Origin: Eledone cirrhosa
Taxonomy: Eukaryota
Length of the DNA stretch: 64,000 bases
Reading direction: 5' to 3'
Assembly: GCA_964016885.1 (NCBI GenBank)
Contig: OZ024740.1
Location: 277,388,001-277,452,000 of the forward strand
The position numbers were made by a program, and so were the translations under genes. The notes under the pieces are model-generated. The model made no database searches. It saw only the letters and a list, made by a program, of their open reading frames with translations, and had not been told where the DNA came from. This document shows positions 63,275-64,000 of this stretch, one piece after another. How positions within the stretch are numbered: the stretch's first letter is position 1; the number at the start of each line of letters is the position of its first letter.

Positions 63275-63942
63275 CTAAAACTCAGTACCCAGGACCTTAG
63301 ACACCCTAAAGTAAATCAACCGAAACTAAAAGCTCTTCCATACATCTCCACACACAACCCCCTCAACAATGAGGCCTTTGACACCATCCTCCAGAACATC
63401 CCTGTGTTAAAAAAGGACCATAGAATGAACCAAATCCTTCGAACACACGATATCTAAAAGAGCAAAAGGCAATCTAAGTCAATGAAAAACATCCTAACAC
63501 ATGCCAAAGTACTGCCAGCCACAACAACGAAACCCACAGTAAAAAAAATGCGATAGACCCAACTGTGGCATATGCATCAACCTAAAAGAGGGAATTCTAT
63601 TTCAAAGAAGGACAGCGTTTTATAGTAAAACACAATTTCACATGCGCATCAGAAAATCTAATATATGTATTAACTTGCCCAGGTTGTCGAGAACAATACA
63701 TAGGCCAGACCAAAAACAGCCTCCGCCAACGCATGACTGTCCATAGATCCCTAATTAAAATACGGGAATACAGGAAAATACCACTGAGTGAACACATTGA
63801 TACATGTGCCGCCCAAAATCATCCCAACTTTAGAATCTTTCCCCTCTACAAATTTAAAGATAATGCCACCCACACCCAGCGCATCAGCAAGGAATCTCAC
63901 TTTATTAACAAATACGAACCCCGTCTAAACACTTCTCCCTAA
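63275..63942 (+). pseudogene. PLE (Neptune-like) linker Zn-finger plus GIY-YIG fragment
   Basis: LPYISTHNP..KRQSKSMKNIL..CDRPNCGIC..FTCASENLIYVLTCPGCREQYIGQT..LRQRMTVH..EHI..C..ESHFINKYEPRLN, with a stop and frameshifts. Confidence 0.9.
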
Positions 63943-64000
63943 GACGAACCCACAACATACACACGTCAACATACATACCTACACCAGCATACATCCTACA

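Overview
AT-rich, microsatellite-saturated eukaryotic non-coding DNA. The SINE families and (TA)n/(CA)n density suggest an octopus or other cephalopod, but that is inference. I can support no host gene, and most entries in the ORF track are (YI)n/(CV)n/(HT)n microsatellite artefacts. The window is dominated by Penelope-like retroelements (PLEs; RT plus GIY-YIG) of at least three protein types, all disabled and nearly all inserted in (TA)n. It also holds a DD37D (maT) transposon, mariner remnants, tRNA-derived SINEs and an RTE 3' end. The signal the ORF track misses is RNA structure: about 30 type I hammerhead ribozyme (HHR) motifs from about 11 distinct sequence families, read by eye. They include minimal HHRs with palindromic stem III, HHRs with 60-95 nt expansions of stem II, and a high-copy family with a fixed U4A core change. 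Many sit in 0.1-6 kb fold-back palindromes between TA tracts, which puts a ribozyme on each strand, and several palindrome apices fall on the ribozyme's own hairpin. All folds are manual, cleavage activity is untested, and coordinates of large elements are approximate.
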